Translations under genes and position numbers: made by a program
Origin: Bacteroidia bacterium
Lineage (GTDB): Bacteria > Bacteroidota > Bacteroidia > AKYH767-A > OLB10
Direction of reading: 5' to 3'
NCBI GenBank assembly: GCA_013001815.1
Contig: JABDLV010000091.1
Coordinates: forward strand, 1 to 50,423
Length of the DNA stretch: 50,423 nucleotides
The notes under the pieces: generated by a model
Seen by the model: the letters and a program-made list of their open reading frames with translations, nothing else
The model's database searches: none
Told to the model about the DNA's origin: nothing
In this document: positions 7,627 to 17,771 of the stretch, piece after piece
Position numbering within the stretch: the stretch's first letter is position 1
How the letters are laid out: each line of letters opens with the position of its first letter

Positions 7627-10062
7627 TTAAGAATTAAAATTAGGAAATTGAGAAGGGTCACTCTGATTCATTAAGTTGTATGCTGCAATAGAAATGTCAT
7701 CAGCATTTGGTTTAGAAAAGTAATCACCATCAGAACCGTATGCCGGTCTATGTTCTTTTGATGTAATGCTAACAGGCATTTCATCAAGGTAATAATATCC
7801 TTTTTGCTCTTCCAATACTTTTTGCATCATATATGCTGTTCCGCCACCCGGCACATCTTCATCTAAAAATATTACACGACCGGTTTTCTTTATTGATTCA
7901 ACTATACTATGGTCTAAATCAAAAGGTAATAGTGATTGCACATCAATTAACTCAATAGAAATTCCCATTTCTGTAAGTTGCTTCATTGATTCTTGAGCTA
8001 CTTTCACGCAAGCACCATAAGTGACCATAGTAATGTCAGTCCCTTCCTGAATAATTTCAGGTGTACCTAGTTGAACAGAATATTGACCAATGTTTTTTGG
8101 CATTTTTTCTTTTATCCTATATCCATTCAATGGTTCTATTACCAACGCAGGTTCATCTGACTTTAATATGGTATTATAAAAGCCTGCAGCCTGAGTCATA
8201 TTTCTTGGCACTAATACATGCATTCCTCTTAATGCACCAAGTATCATTGCTATTGGTGAGCCTGAATGCCATATACCTTCTAATCTATGTCCTCTGGTAC
8301 TTACAATGAGTGGGGCTTTTTGTGCACCTTTTGTTCTATACTGAAGTGTAGCTAAGTCATCTGACAAAGGTTGTAATCCGTACAGTAAATAATCTAAGTA
8401 CTGTATTTCAGCAATGGGTCTTAAGCCACGCATTGCTAAACCTATTCCTTGTCCTATAATGGTAGCTTCTCTTATGCCTGTATCCGAAACACGCAGTTTG
8501 CCGAATTTTTCTTGCAAACCTGCATAGGTTTGGTTTACACCACCTATATGCCCAACATCTTCTCCGAATGCTAAAAATCCGGGATTATTTTTTAGATGAT
8601 ACTCAAAGTTTGCTTGCAATATCTCTCTGCCATCTACCATCTTACTATCATCAGCATATGCAACTGGTTCAGGTTTAAGTTTGGTGGCCGCCATTTCAGA
8701 TTCACTCATGTGATGTGAATCAAATCGATCATAATTTACTTCTTGCCAATTCTTATACCAAGTGCGTAAATTTTGAATGTCTTTGCCATTATCGTTTCGG
8801 GTAATTCGAAGTACTTTATTAACTGTTTCGGCAATGTCTCTTAATAAAGGTTCACGTACTGCACTAAAATCAGAAATAATTTTTTCTACAAACACTTTTT
8901 CCGCACTGGTGTTACCTGCAGCTTGCATCATGTTAATAGCAACTTCCAACTCGGTCTGAATCATTGTTGTGTATTCTTTCCAGGCCTCTGTTTTTGCTTG
9001 TTTTACTGTTTGCTTAGCAGTACTTTCTATTTCTTTTAATTCACTTTCTTCAGCTATTGCAGATTTTATGATCCACTCTTTGAACTTTGCGATGCAATCA
9101 TATTCAGTTTCCCAAGCTAAGCGGTCTTTTGATTTGTAACGCTCATGAGAACCAGAAGTAGAGTGGCCTTGCGGTTGAGTTAATTCTCTGATATGAAATA
9201 ATACAGGAGTATGGTTTTCTCTGCACTGCTTTATGCCTTCTTCATACATTTCACACATTTGTGCGTAGTCCCAACCATTAGCACGATAAATTAAATATCC
9301 ATCACTGTCATTTGTTTTTTCAAATCCCTTTAATACTTCAGATATGTTTTGCTTAGTAGTTTGATATTTTGCCGGAACAGATATGCCGTAACCATCATCC
9401 CAAACTGAAAGGGCAAGTGGTACTTGAAGTACCCCTGCCGCATTGATAGTTTCCCAAAACAAACCTTCAGAAGTACTGGCATCACCAATGGTGCCAAATG
9501 CAACTTCATTTCCTTTGTTAGAAAATTTGTCATATGGTCGATTATGCAATTGGCTGTTGTTTCTATATAGTTTAGAAGCATAGGCTAAGCCCAACAACCT
9601 TGGCATGTGCCCTGCCGTTGGAGAAATATCTGCTGAAGAATTTTTTAATTCTACTTGCTTGTTCCATTCCCCTTGATCATTAATTAATTTAGTTGCAAAG
9701 TGAGCATTCATCATTCTCCCAGCCGATGCAGGTTCTGCTTCAGGGTCTGGATGCGCATATAGTTGAGCAAAGAATTGTTTAATGGTAAGAAGACCACTTG
9801 CCATCATAAACGTTTGGTCTCTGTAATAACCTGCTCTAAAATCTCCGGGTTTAAAAACCTTGGCCAAAGCTAATTGTGCTACCTCTTTACCATCTCCAAA
9901 AATTCCAAATTTTGCTTTACCGGTTAATACTTCTTTTCGTCCAAGTAAACTGGTTTCTCTGCTCTCATTAACAATTCTATAATCATTCAATACAATATCT
10001 TTGAATTTATCAAAGGAGATATTTGATTTTGAAGTGTTTACATCTTTATTTGAAACGGCCAT
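7627..10062 (-). CDS. Fused alpha/beta E1 component of a 2-oxoacid dehydrogenase (TPP-dependent)
   Basis: The N-terminal half is E1-alpha-like (GTIGDASTSEG). The C-terminal half is E1-beta/transketolase-like (FGEDVGHIGGVNQ, RVSDTGIREATIIGQGIGLAMRGLRPIAEIQYLDY). Confidence 0.85.
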   Translation of the reverse strand: MAVSNKDVNTSKSNISFDKFKDIVLNDYRIVNESRETSLLGRKEVLTGKAKFGIFGDGKEVAQLALAKVFKPGDFRAGYYRDQTFMMASGLLTIKQFFAQLYAHPDPEAEPASAGRMMNAHFATKLINDQGEWNKQVELKNSSADISPTAGHMPRLLGLAYASKLYRNNSQLHNRPYDKFSNKGNEVAFGTIGDASTSEGLFWETINAAGVLQVPLALSVWDDGYGISVPAKYQTTKQNISEVLKGFEKTNDSDGYLIYRANGWDYAQMCEMYEEGIKQCRENHTPVLFHIRELTQPQGHSTSGSHERYKSKDRLAWETEYDCIAKFKEWIIKSAIAEESELKEIESTAKQTVKQAKTEAWKEYTTMIQTELEVAINMMQAAGNTSAEKVFVEKIISDFSAVREPLLRDIAETVNKVLRITRNDNGKDIQNLRTWYKNWQEVNYDRFDSHHMSESEMAATKLKPEPVAYADDSKMVDGREILQANFEYHLKNNPGFLAFGEDVGHIGGVNQTYAGLQEKFGKLRVSDTGIREATIIGQGIGLAMRGLRPIAEIQYLDYLLYGLQPLSDDLATLQYRTKGAQKAPLIVSTRGHRLEGIWHSGSPIAMILGALRGMHVLVPRNMTQAAGFYNTILKSDEPALVIEPLNGYRIKEKMPKNIGQYSVQLGTPEIIQEGTDITMVTYGACVKVAQESMKQLTEMGISIELIDVQSLLPFDLDHSIVESIKKTGRVIFLDEDVPGGGTAYMMQKVLEEQKGYYYLDEMPVSITSKEHRPAYGSDGDYFSKPNADDISIAAYNLMNQSDPSQFPNFNS

Positions 10063-10130
10063 AAACAGTTAGTCATCTTAAGGTGAAAAACAAATTTACG
10101 AAAATTGAGCGTAGTATTTGAATGGAGATA

Positions 10131-10994
10131 TTAAAGGAATACCTCAGCAATAAAAAGCAGCGCAAACACTACGCTAGCAACACCATTGGTGGTAAAAAAT
10201 GCCAAATTCACTCTGCTCAAATCTTTTGGATTAATGATTTTATGCTGATAGAATAGAATAATGCTAAACAGAATCCAGCCAACAAAATAAATCCAACTGG
10301 CTTCCATAGCCACACCTGCGGCAAGCAAACTCATTGAACAAACAAAGTGTAAAAGCACAGACAGGTTCAGTGCATTTTTTCTTCCCAAAAATGTGGGAAT
10401 AGATTTAAGGTTTTGTTCTTTGTCAAACTCATCATCTTGTAATGCATAAATAATATCAAATCCACTTACCCAAAACAGCACTGCCACAGAAAATAATAAT
10501 GGTATGATGTGGAAGCTTTCTGTTACTGCCAGGTAGGCACCAATGGGTGCAAGTGCTAATCCAATACCTAAAATAAAATGACATAAACTAGTAAACCGTT
10601 TTGCATAACTGTAACCTAATACAACGGCTAGTGCAACAGGTGAAAGATAGAAACAAAGTGGATTAATGAAATACGTGCAAACGATAAATAAAATAGAACT
10701 GATAATAGTTAGGCCGAGCGCTTGTTTTGGTTTTACTACCCCGGCTGGTACCTCTCTGTTTTTAGTTCGCTCATTTAAAGCATCAATGTCTCTATCAATG
10801 TATCTATTGAATGACATCGCAGCAGTGCGCGCAAACACCATGCACCCTAAAACTAGAAATGGCAACTTAAGTGGAATGTCAAAATTTATACTCTTCGCAC
10901 CAAGTAAAAAACCGATAATGGCAAAAGGTAGTGCAAATATGGTATGGCTAAATTTTACAAGCGAAAGATAATTATGAATGGTGCTGCCTGACAA
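10131..10994 (-). CDS. UbiA-family aromatic prenyltransferase (ubiA_other/MqnP-like)
   Basis: NRYIDRDIDALNERTKNREVPAG (NxxxDxxxD), a second Asp-rich motif YALQDDEFD, and multiple TM helices. The only plausible start is TTG at 10994. Confidence 0.8.
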   Translation of the reverse strand: MSGSTIHNYLSLVKFSHTIFALPFAIIGFLLGAKSINFDIPLKLPFLVLGCMVFARTAAMSFNRYIDRDIDALNERTKNREVPAGVVKPKQALGLTIISSILFIVCTYFINPLCFYLSPVALAVVLGYSYAKRFTSLCHFILGIGLALAPIGAYLAVTESFHIIPLLFSVAVLFWVSGFDIIYALQDDEFDKEQNLKSIPTFLGRKNALNLSVLLHFVCSMSLLAAGVAMEASWIYFVGWILFSIILFYQHKIINPKDLSRVNLAFFTTNGVASVVFALLFIAEVFL

Positions 10995-11000
10995 TGCGAT

Positions 11001-13199
11001 TTAATCTATTACAACCAATTTTGAAGAGCTGACTAATGTATCATCAGCAAATAAACGTATAAAATAAACACCTGCACTAATGTTGCTTAATTGAATCTTG
11101 TTTAAATCATGGCTAACTGCTTGTTCATGCAGTTTTTGCCCGGATAAGCTTCTGATATCAATAAGTAATTTTTTCCCAATTAATTCTTTAGAAAGAACAA
11201 ATGAAATCTCTTGGTTCGTGCTTACAGGATTGGGAACAACGATTAATTGATTTGAATTTGAATGTTCTTCAATGCCAACGGGTGTGCAATTACTTAATAC
11301 TTGAAATGCATCTACTTTTCCATGGCCCCAAGTGTTGTTTGGTAAACTTGTGCCGGTAAATGCATCTGTTTTAACACATGATAGCAATGCGTTTTTAATG
11401 TCTTGGTTATCGGCACTAGGATTTTGTTCCATTAAGAGGGCAATGATTCCTGCAACCACAGGTGAAGAAGAAGATGTTCCTCCATCTCTTATGTGTTTAC
11501 CACCAGCTGCCAGTTTAAACGGTTGATTAGCTAAAAACCAAGGAATGGAAGACAAGTCTGCGCAAGACAACGTTGCATCTCCTGTAGCAGCTATGTCCGG
11601 TTTTATTCTTCCGTCACGAGTGGGTCCTTTGCTACTGGCATCTGCAATGGCTCCTTCCACTGTTGGGAAAGTTTGAATATTCCCATTTACATCGGTATAC
11701 CAATTTCTATTTATGTACTGTGCAACAGTTATTACTTCATCACTACAAGCAAAACTACTTACCATGTTTTGTTCTAAGTCTGGAGTAACATAATTGAGTA
11801 TATCCGGAAAGTCTGTGGGAGAAGGTAGGTTTGAAGAAACCATTTCAAAACTCCACACATCAAACATGCCTGAACCGGTTGCCATTAACCTAAATAAATA
11901 GGTTGTTGAGTCCGGTATTATGTTGCAAGACATTACATATCTATCATCTACCAATTGCCCAAAATATTGCACAACAGCAATTCTATTGCTTCCATTAAAA
12001 ATAGTGTCAGCATCAACAAAGCCCAATTGATTTTGCACATTTCTAAAATCAGTTCTTCCTCTATAACTAAATGCCGGTGAGGTGTTGTCGGCACCAATGG
12101 CAAATTCAACTTGATTTAAGTCAGTTGTATCTGCCCACATATCAATCACAATACTTCCTGATGTAAAATCAAACCAGGTAAAAGTTGTGTCTGAGTTAAC
12201 ATTGTTTCTAGTATGTATTGGAATGTTTCCTGCATTTCCGGCAGCGCAAACTACAGACCTTCCGTTTTGCTGTGTAATTAAATTGTCAATAACCTGTGCT
12301 TGTAAATCTTTTCCATCATGCGAACCGAAATAGGTTCCTGCACTTATGTTAATCACGCAAGGTTTTCCCAAAGCATCTGCTTTTTCAAAAATATAACTTA
12401 CGGCATCTGCAACAGAAGTAAGCCAAGGGCTTCCTCCTAAATTAAAATCAAGTGAAACAATTACTAAATCAGCCTCAGGTGCAACACCCGTGTAATTATT
12501 TACCGCAATTCCATTGCCGGCTGCAATGCCTGCTACATGGGTGCCATGTCCGTTTATTCTGTCATAATGATCGCTAGCAAGATTGTTGTCAATCATAGAG
12601 TCTGTAAACTCTTCACCATAATTATAAGGGAATGGTGAGTTGGTACCGGGTGGTAAATTATGATCCCATATATATTTAATTCTTGACTTGCCATTGAAGT
12701 CTTTAAAATCCGGATGCGTATAATCTATTCCCGTATCAATTACACCCATCACAATATCTTTTCCTTTGTATGCTGAAGTAAGTGGTGTAATTCCAAGATG
12801 AACAGGTGTCACATTATTGTTCGCTAACATGCGATCGTTCATCAGCTCTAGTTTCATTTCAGAATCTTCCATTCTTAGTACATCTTTATTGTTAGCAAGG
12901 GATGATACTTTATTTAATGGAATTGTTATGGCAACGATGTCACCGGCTGAGTATTTTACTGTTCCATTTAGGCTTTCAGACTTAGAAATAATTTCCTCAA
13001 CATTTCCTTTTACAAACAATGAAACTGGAGTGCTACTTCGTTCATTTTGGGTAATTTTTTTGGCTAAGCTATAGTTCATTTTATAAAAATTCTGAGCCAA
13101 TAATGGTTGAGAATGCAGGAAGGAGAATGCCAGGCCTAATGCGAAAACCAAGCATATTTTGAGCTTACCAGGGATGTGCATGTAATGTGCTATTTTCAT
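11001..13199 (-). CDS. Secreted S8 (subtilisin-family) serine peptidase with T9SS C-terminal sorting domain
   Basis: Catalytic blocks VIDTGID (Asp), HGTHVAG (His) and GTSSSSPVVAG (Ser). There is an N-terminal signal sequence and a C-terminal Por-secretion-tail-like segment. Confidence 0.85.
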   Translation of the reverse strand: MKIAHYMHIPGKLKICLVFALGLAFSFLHSQPLLAQNFYKMNYSLAKKITQNERSSTPVSLFVKGNVEEIISKSESLNGTVKYSAGDIVAITIPLNKVSSLANNKDVLRMEDSEMKLELMNDRMLANNNVTPVHLGITPLTSAYKGKDIVMGVIDTGIDYTHPDFKDFNGKSRIKYIWDHNLPPGTNSPFPYNYGEEFTDSMIDNNLASDHYDRINGHGTHVAGIAAGNGIAVNNYTGVAPEADLVIVSLDFNLGGSPWLTSVADAVSYIFEKADALGKPCVINISAGTYFGSHDGKDLQAQVIDNLITQQNGRSVVCAAGNAGNIPIHTRNNVNSDTTFTWFDFTSGSIVIDMWADTTDLNQVEFAIGADNTSPAFSYRGRTDFRNVQNQLGFVDADTIFNGSNRIAVVQYFGQLVDDRYVMSCNIIPDSTTYLFRLMATGSGMFDVWSFEMVSSNLPSPTDFPDILNYVTPDLEQNMVSSFACSDEVITVAQYINRNWYTDVNGNIQTFPTVEGAIADASSKGPTRDGRIKPDIAATGDATLSCADLSSIPWFLANQPFKLAAGGKHIRDGGTSSSSPVVAGIIALLMEQNPSADNQDIKNALLSCVKTDAFTGTSLPNNTWGHGKVDAFQVLSNCTPVGIEEHSNSNQLIVVPNPVSTNQEISFVLSKELIGKKLLIDIRSLSGQKLHEQAVSHDLNKIQLSNISAGVYFIRLFADDTLVSSSKLVVID
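11004..11252 (-). other. T9SS C-terminal sorting domain (CTD) of the S8 peptidase
   Basis: LIVVPNPVSTNQEISFVL...IDIRSLSGQKL...SAGVYFIRLFADD...KLVVID matches the usual Por_Secre_tail pattern (PNP..., GxY.). Confidence 0.75.
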
Positions 13200-13249
13200 T
13201 ATGTTTGTAACAATTATAATTGATTAAAGTTACATTAAAATAGTATTAG

Positions 13250-14929
13250 ATGTCTGAAGATAAGCAGGTTATTTTTTCAATGTCGGGGGTTAATAAGGTG
13301 TACCCTCCAAGCAAACAAGTATTAAAAGATATTTCGTTGTCTTTTTTCTATGGTGCGAAAATTGGTGTTATCGGATTAAACGGATCGGGTAAATCATCTT
13401 TATTAAAAATTATAGCGGGATTAGATAAAAACTTTAACGGTGATATTGCTTTTTCGCCCGGTTATGAAACCGGCTATTTACCGCAAGAACCTGAGTTGGA
13501 TAATTCAAAAACGGTAAAAGAAATTGTACAAGAAGGTGCAAGTGAAATTGTGAACCTTCTAAAAGAATACGAAGAGGTAAACAACAAGTTTGCCGAACCC
13601 ATGGATGATGATGCCATGAATAAGTTAATTGAAAAACAAGGGAAGCTGACTGAAGAGATTGAACAAAAAGGTGCGTGGGAGTTAGATACGAAATTAGAAA
13701 TTGCAATGGATGCCTTGCGTTGTCCTCCGGGAGATACATCGGTGAAAAATTTATCCGGTGGTGAAAGAAGAAGGGTTGCGCTTTGCAGATTATTAATTCA
13801 AGAACCTGAAATACTTTTATTAGATGAGCCTACCAACCACTTGGATGCAGAGTCTATTATGTGGTTAGAGCAATTTTTACAACAGTATAAAGGAACCATA
13901 ATAGCTGTAACTCACGATAGGTACTTTTTAGATAATGTGGCAGGATGGATTTTAGAATTGGATAGAGGGGAAGGGATTCCATGGCAAGGAAATTACTCAT
14001 CATGGTTAGATCAAAAATCGAATCGATTAGCACAAGAGAAGAAGCAAGAGAGTAAGAGACAAAAAACATTAGAAAGAGAATTGGAGTGGGCTAAGATGAC
14101 ACCAAAAGCCAAGCACCAAAAATCTAAAGCACGTTTATCTTCTTATGAAAAAATGTTGAATGAAGATGCGAAACAGAAAGAAGCAAAGTTAGAATTGTAC
14201 ATCCCACCTGGACCAAGATTAGGAGATATAGTTATTGAGGCTGAAAACCTGACTAAGGCTTTTGATGATAAATTGTTGATTGAGGATTTCTCATTTAAAT
14301 TACCACAAGCTGGTATTGTTGGTATCATTGGTCCGAATGGTGCAGGTAAAACAACATTGTTTAAAATGATAATGGGTATGGAAAAACCCGATAACGGAAG
14401 CTTCACTGTGGGTGAAACAGTGCAAGTAGCTTATGTTGACCAAAGCCATGAAAAATTACTGCCTGAAAAAACAGTGTATGAAATCATTTCCGGAGGGAAT
14501 GACACCATAACTATGGGGACTCAAGAAATAAATGCTAGAGCTTATTGTTCTAAATTTAATTTTAGCGGGGCAGATCAAAACAAAAAATTAGGTGTTTTAT
14601 CAGGTGGTGAAAGAAACAGAGTTCACTTAGCATTAGCCTTATTAGAAAACGCCAATGTTATTCTGCTGGATGAGCCTACCAATGACATAGATATTAATAC
14701 ATTAAGATCTTTAGAGGAAGCTTTGGAAAGTTTTGCGGGTTGCGCAGTAATTATTTCTCACGATAGATGGTTCTTAGACAGGGTTTGTACGCACATGATT
14801 GCGTTTGAAGGAGACTCATATGTGCATTTTTACGAAGGTTCATTTAGTGAGTATGAAGAGAATAAGATAAAACGATTAGGAAATGTACAACCTAAGCGAG
14901 TTCGATTTAAAAATTTGGTGCGTAACTAA
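13250..14929 (+). CDS. ettA: ABC-F translational throttle ATPase EttA
   Basis: Two ABC cassettes with no TM domain. Walker A motifs are GLNGSGKSS and GPNGAGKTT; signatures are LSGGERRR and LSGGERNR. The N-terminus is EttA-typical. Confidence 0.9.
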   Translation: MSEDKQVIFSMSGVNKVYPPSKQVLKDISLSFFYGAKIGVIGLNGSGKSSLLKIIAGLDKNFNGDIAFSPGYETGYLPQEPELDNSKTVKEIVQEGASEIVNLLKEYEEVNNKFAEPMDDDAMNKLIEKQGKLTEEIEQKGAWELDTKLEIAMDALRCPPGDTSVKNLSGGERRRVALCRLLIQEPEILLLDEPTNHLDAESIMWLEQFLQQYKGTIIAVTHDRYFLDNVAGWILELDRGEGIPWQGNYSSWLDQKSNRLAQEKKQESKRQKTLERELEWAKMTPKAKHQKSKARLSSYEKMLNEDAKQKEAKLELYIPPGPRLGDIVIEAENLTKAFDDKLLIEDFSFKLPQAGIVGIIGPNGAGKTTLFKMIMGMEKPDNGSFTVGETVQVAYVDQSHEKLLPEKTVYEIISGGNDTITMGTQEINARAYCSKFNFSGADQNKKLGVLSGGERNRVHLALALLENANVILLDEPTNDIDINTLRSLEEALESFAGCAVIISHDRWFLDRVCTHMIAFEGDSYVHFYEGSFSEYEENKIKRLGNVQPKRVRFKNLVRN

Positions 14930-14947
14930 TGTATTAAGTAGCGGTTT

Positions 14948-16294
14948 ATGAAACCATCATTACCAAAAGGTACCAGAGACTTTACACCGGAAGTTTTTGC
15001 CAAGCGCAAATACATTTTTAATGTTATAGAAAATGTATTTAAGAACCATGGCTATAAAGCGATCGAAACACCTGCGGTAGAAAACTTAAAAACACTAACA
15101 GGTAAGTATGGTGAAGAAGGTGATCGGTTAATTTTTAAAATATTAAACTCAGGTGATTATCTTAATAAAATAGAGGGTTCTGAATTAAGTTCTATTGATT
15201 CAAAAAAATTAACTCCTAAAATTTCTGAAAAAGCACTGCGCTACGATTTAACTATACCATTTGCGCGATTTGTGGTAATGAATAGAAATGAAATTACGTT
15301 TCCGTTTAAACGATATCAAATACAGCCAGTGTGGCGAGCAGACAGGCCGCAGAAAGGGCGTTACAGAGAATTTTATCAATGCGATGTGGATGTGATTGGA
15401 AGTAATTCCGTATTAAACGAAGTAGATTTAATTCAAATTATTGATGAAGTTTTTGCTGAATTGAAAATACCTGTGAGCATTCATGTAAATCATCGGAAAG
15501 TATTAGACGGAATTTTAGCAGAATTGAATTTGAAAGATAATACAAATGCTGTTTTAATAGCACTTGATAAGCTAGACAAAATCGGGCTTGAAAAAGTAAA
15601 AGAAGAGTTGAGCGATAGAATTGATTCGAATACTATCGGTTTATTGTTTGACAAAATAGGGGCAATAGAAAATGGAGGGATTGATTCGATTAGTGCAGAA
15701 AAGGGAAATCAAGGGAAAGAAGAGTTAAATAAAATATTTGGTCAATTTAAAGGTGACAATAAGTTGAGTAAGAATAATGATTTGTTGTTTGATATAAAAC
15801 TAGCACGAGGATTAGATTATTATACCGGTACCATTATAGAAGTAAAGGCAAAAGATGTAGAGATGGGAAGTATTTGTGGTGGCGGACGTTACGATGATTT
15901 AACCGGTGTCTTTGGATTGAAAGATGTCTCCGGTGTGGGTGTTTCCTTTGGTGCAGATAGAATATATGATGTGTTGAGCAGCATGGATTCGTTTAAGGAT
16001 GTAAAATTATACTCTTCCAAAGTTATGTTTGTAAATTTTGGAGAGGCAACATTAGCGCAAATAAACAAGTGCATGTCTGAGTTAAGAAAGAATGATGTTT
16101 CTTGTGAGTTGTATCCTGATGAGGCAAAGATGAAAAAACAGTTTTCTTATGCCAATACGAATAACATACCTTACGTAATTAGTGTAGGTGATGAAGAATT
16201 AAAATCAAGTAAGGCAAAATTAAAAGATATGAATGAGGGGACTGAAGAGACAATTGCTTTTGATGATTTGGTAAAACGATTTTCGAATGGGTAG
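14948..16294 (+). CDS. hisS: Histidine--tRNA ligase
   Basis: N-terminus LPKGTRDF, class II motifs RYREFYQCDVD and GGGRYDDL, and a C-terminal anticodon-binding region. Confidence 0.92.
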   Translation: MKPSLPKGTRDFTPEVFAKRKYIFNVIENVFKNHGYKAIETPAVENLKTLTGKYGEEGDRLIFKILNSGDYLNKIEGSELSSIDSKKLTPKISEKALRYDLTIPFARFVVMNRNEITFPFKRYQIQPVWRADRPQKGRYREFYQCDVDVIGSNSVLNEVDLIQIIDEVFAELKIPVSIHVNHRKVLDGILAELNLKDNTNAVLIALDKLDKIGLEKVKEELSDRIDSNTIGLLFDKIGAIENGGIDSISAEKGNQGKEELNKIFGQFKGDNKLSKNNDLLFDIKLARGLDYYTGTIIEVKAKDVEMGSICGGGRYDDLTGVFGLKDVSGVGVSFGADRIYDVLSSMDSFKDVKLYSSKVMFVNFGEATLAQINKCMSELRKNDVSCELYPDEAKMKKQFSYANTNNIPYVISVGDEELKSSKAKLKDMNEGTEETIAFDDLVKRFSNG

Positions 16295-17771
16295 CACACA
16301 AATTACCTCCAAAGATTTTACACTTGATGATATACAAGAGTTATTATCATCAAATGCTACACTAGAGATAAGTGATGAAGCATTAGGCTTGATAAAAAAA
16401 TCTCGAGATTACTTAGATAATAAGCTTGCTAATTCGTCTGATGCATTTTATGGTATAAATACCGGCTTTGGTTCATTATACAATAAGAGGATAAACAATG
16501 AAAATTTACATCAGCTGCAAGAGAATTTGGTAATGTCTCATGCATGTGGAGTGGGTGATAAAATGCCGGATGAAATAGTGCGATTGATGCTACTGTTAAA
16601 AGCACATTCTTTGTGTAAAGGTTATTCGAGTGTTCAAGTAGAAACGGTTCAGCAACTTCTTTCATTTTACAATAATAAAATTTACCCCGTGGTATATAAA
16701 TGGGGCTCATTGGGTGCAAGTGGAGACTTAGCACCCTTGGCACATGTAGCTATTGCATTGATTGGTAAAGGTGAGGTTAGTTATAAGGGAGAAATTGTGA
16801 GTAGTGTGGATGCCATGAAGGATTGTGGACTAAGACCAATTAACTTAAAGGCAAAGGAAGGCTTGGCTCTTATTAATGGAACGCAATTCATTGCTGCAAT
16901 GGCTGTGCAAATATTATTACAAATAAAGCAATTGATATCAGCCGCACATTATACTGCTGCGCTTTCTTTAGATGCTTTTGATTGTGATATAAGTCCTTTT
17001 GATGAAGATATACATAAGATTAGACCGCATAAAGGACAGGGAATGTCGGCCAAGAATATCAGAGATTGGTTAAGCGACAGCGAACTAGTAAATGGGAAGA
17101 AAGAGCATTTACAAGATCCCTATTCATTTAGATGCATTCCACAAGTATTGGGTGCAAGTATGGCTGCTTTTAGTCACGTAGAAAATATTGTTGCCACTGA
17201 AATAAATTCTGTTACAGATAATCCTACTGTATTTGCTGATGAGGATAAAATAATTTCCGGAGGAAATTTTCATGCACAACCTATGGCAATGGCAATTGAT
17301 TATTTATGTATTGCACTTGCAGAAGTAGGAAACATCTCTGAGAGAAGAACCTATCAATTGGTAAGTGGACAAAGAAACTTGCCACCGTTCTTAGTTTCAA
17401 AGTCTGGGATAAACAGTGGATTGATGATACCGCAATATACTGCAGCTGCTTTGGTAAGCAGAAATAAACTCTTGTGTGGTTCTGCTTCAGCAGACAGCAT
17501 TGTTTCTTCTAACGGACAAGAGGACCATGTAAGTATGGGTGCGCATGCAGGAGTTAAATGCATGGAAATTGTAGATAACCTCTATCAAATTTTAGGAATT
17601 GAATTGCTTACTGCAAGTCAGGCATTGAGTTTTAGAAAAGGAAAAACATCTCCTAAAATAGAAGCTATTCTAAAAAAATATAGAAAGGAAGTGCCTGTAA
17701 TTGAGAATGACCGAATGCTGTACAAAGACATTAAAAAATCGGTCGAATTTATTAGAATAAATAAATTTTAG
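16287..17771 (+). CDS. hutH: Histidine ammonia-lyase (MIO enzyme)
   Basis: The Ala-Ser-Gly MIO triad sits in GSLGASGDLAPLAH. The selectivity region MSHACGVG is the Ser-His type expected for HAL rather than PAL/TAL. Confidence 0.88.
   Translation: MGSTQITSKDFTLDDIQELLSSNATLEISDEALGLIKKSRDYLDNKLANSSDAFYGINTGFGSLYNKRINNENLHQLQENLVMSHACGVGDKMPDEIVRLMLLLKAHSLCKGYSSVQVETVQQLLSFYNNKIYPVVYKWGSLGASGDLAPLAHVAIALIGKGEVSYKGEIVSSVDAMKDCGLRPINLKAKEGLALINGTQFIAAMAVQILLQIKQLISAAHYTAALSLDAFDCDISPFDEDIHKIRPHKGQGMSAKNIRDWLSDSELVNGKKEHLQDPYSFRCIPQVLGASMAAFSHVENIVATEINSVTDNPTVFADEDKIISGGNFHAQPMAMAIDYLCIALAEVGNISERRTYQLVSGQRNLPPFLVSKSGINSGLMIPQYTAAALVSRNKLLCGSASADSIVSSNGQEDHVSMGAHAGVKCMEIVDNLYQILGIELLTASQALSFRKGKTSPKIEAILKKYRKEVPVIENDRMLYKDIKKSVEFIRINKF

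Noticed and set aside
10994-11003. The S8 peptidase stop codon (TAA, 11003-11001) is in frame with the UbiA-like TTG start two codons downstream, which raised the idea of a read-through fusion.
   Set aside because: A secreted T9SS cargo fused to a polytopic prenyltransferase makes no biological sense. TAA is a strong stop, so the in-frame relationship is most likely coincidental.
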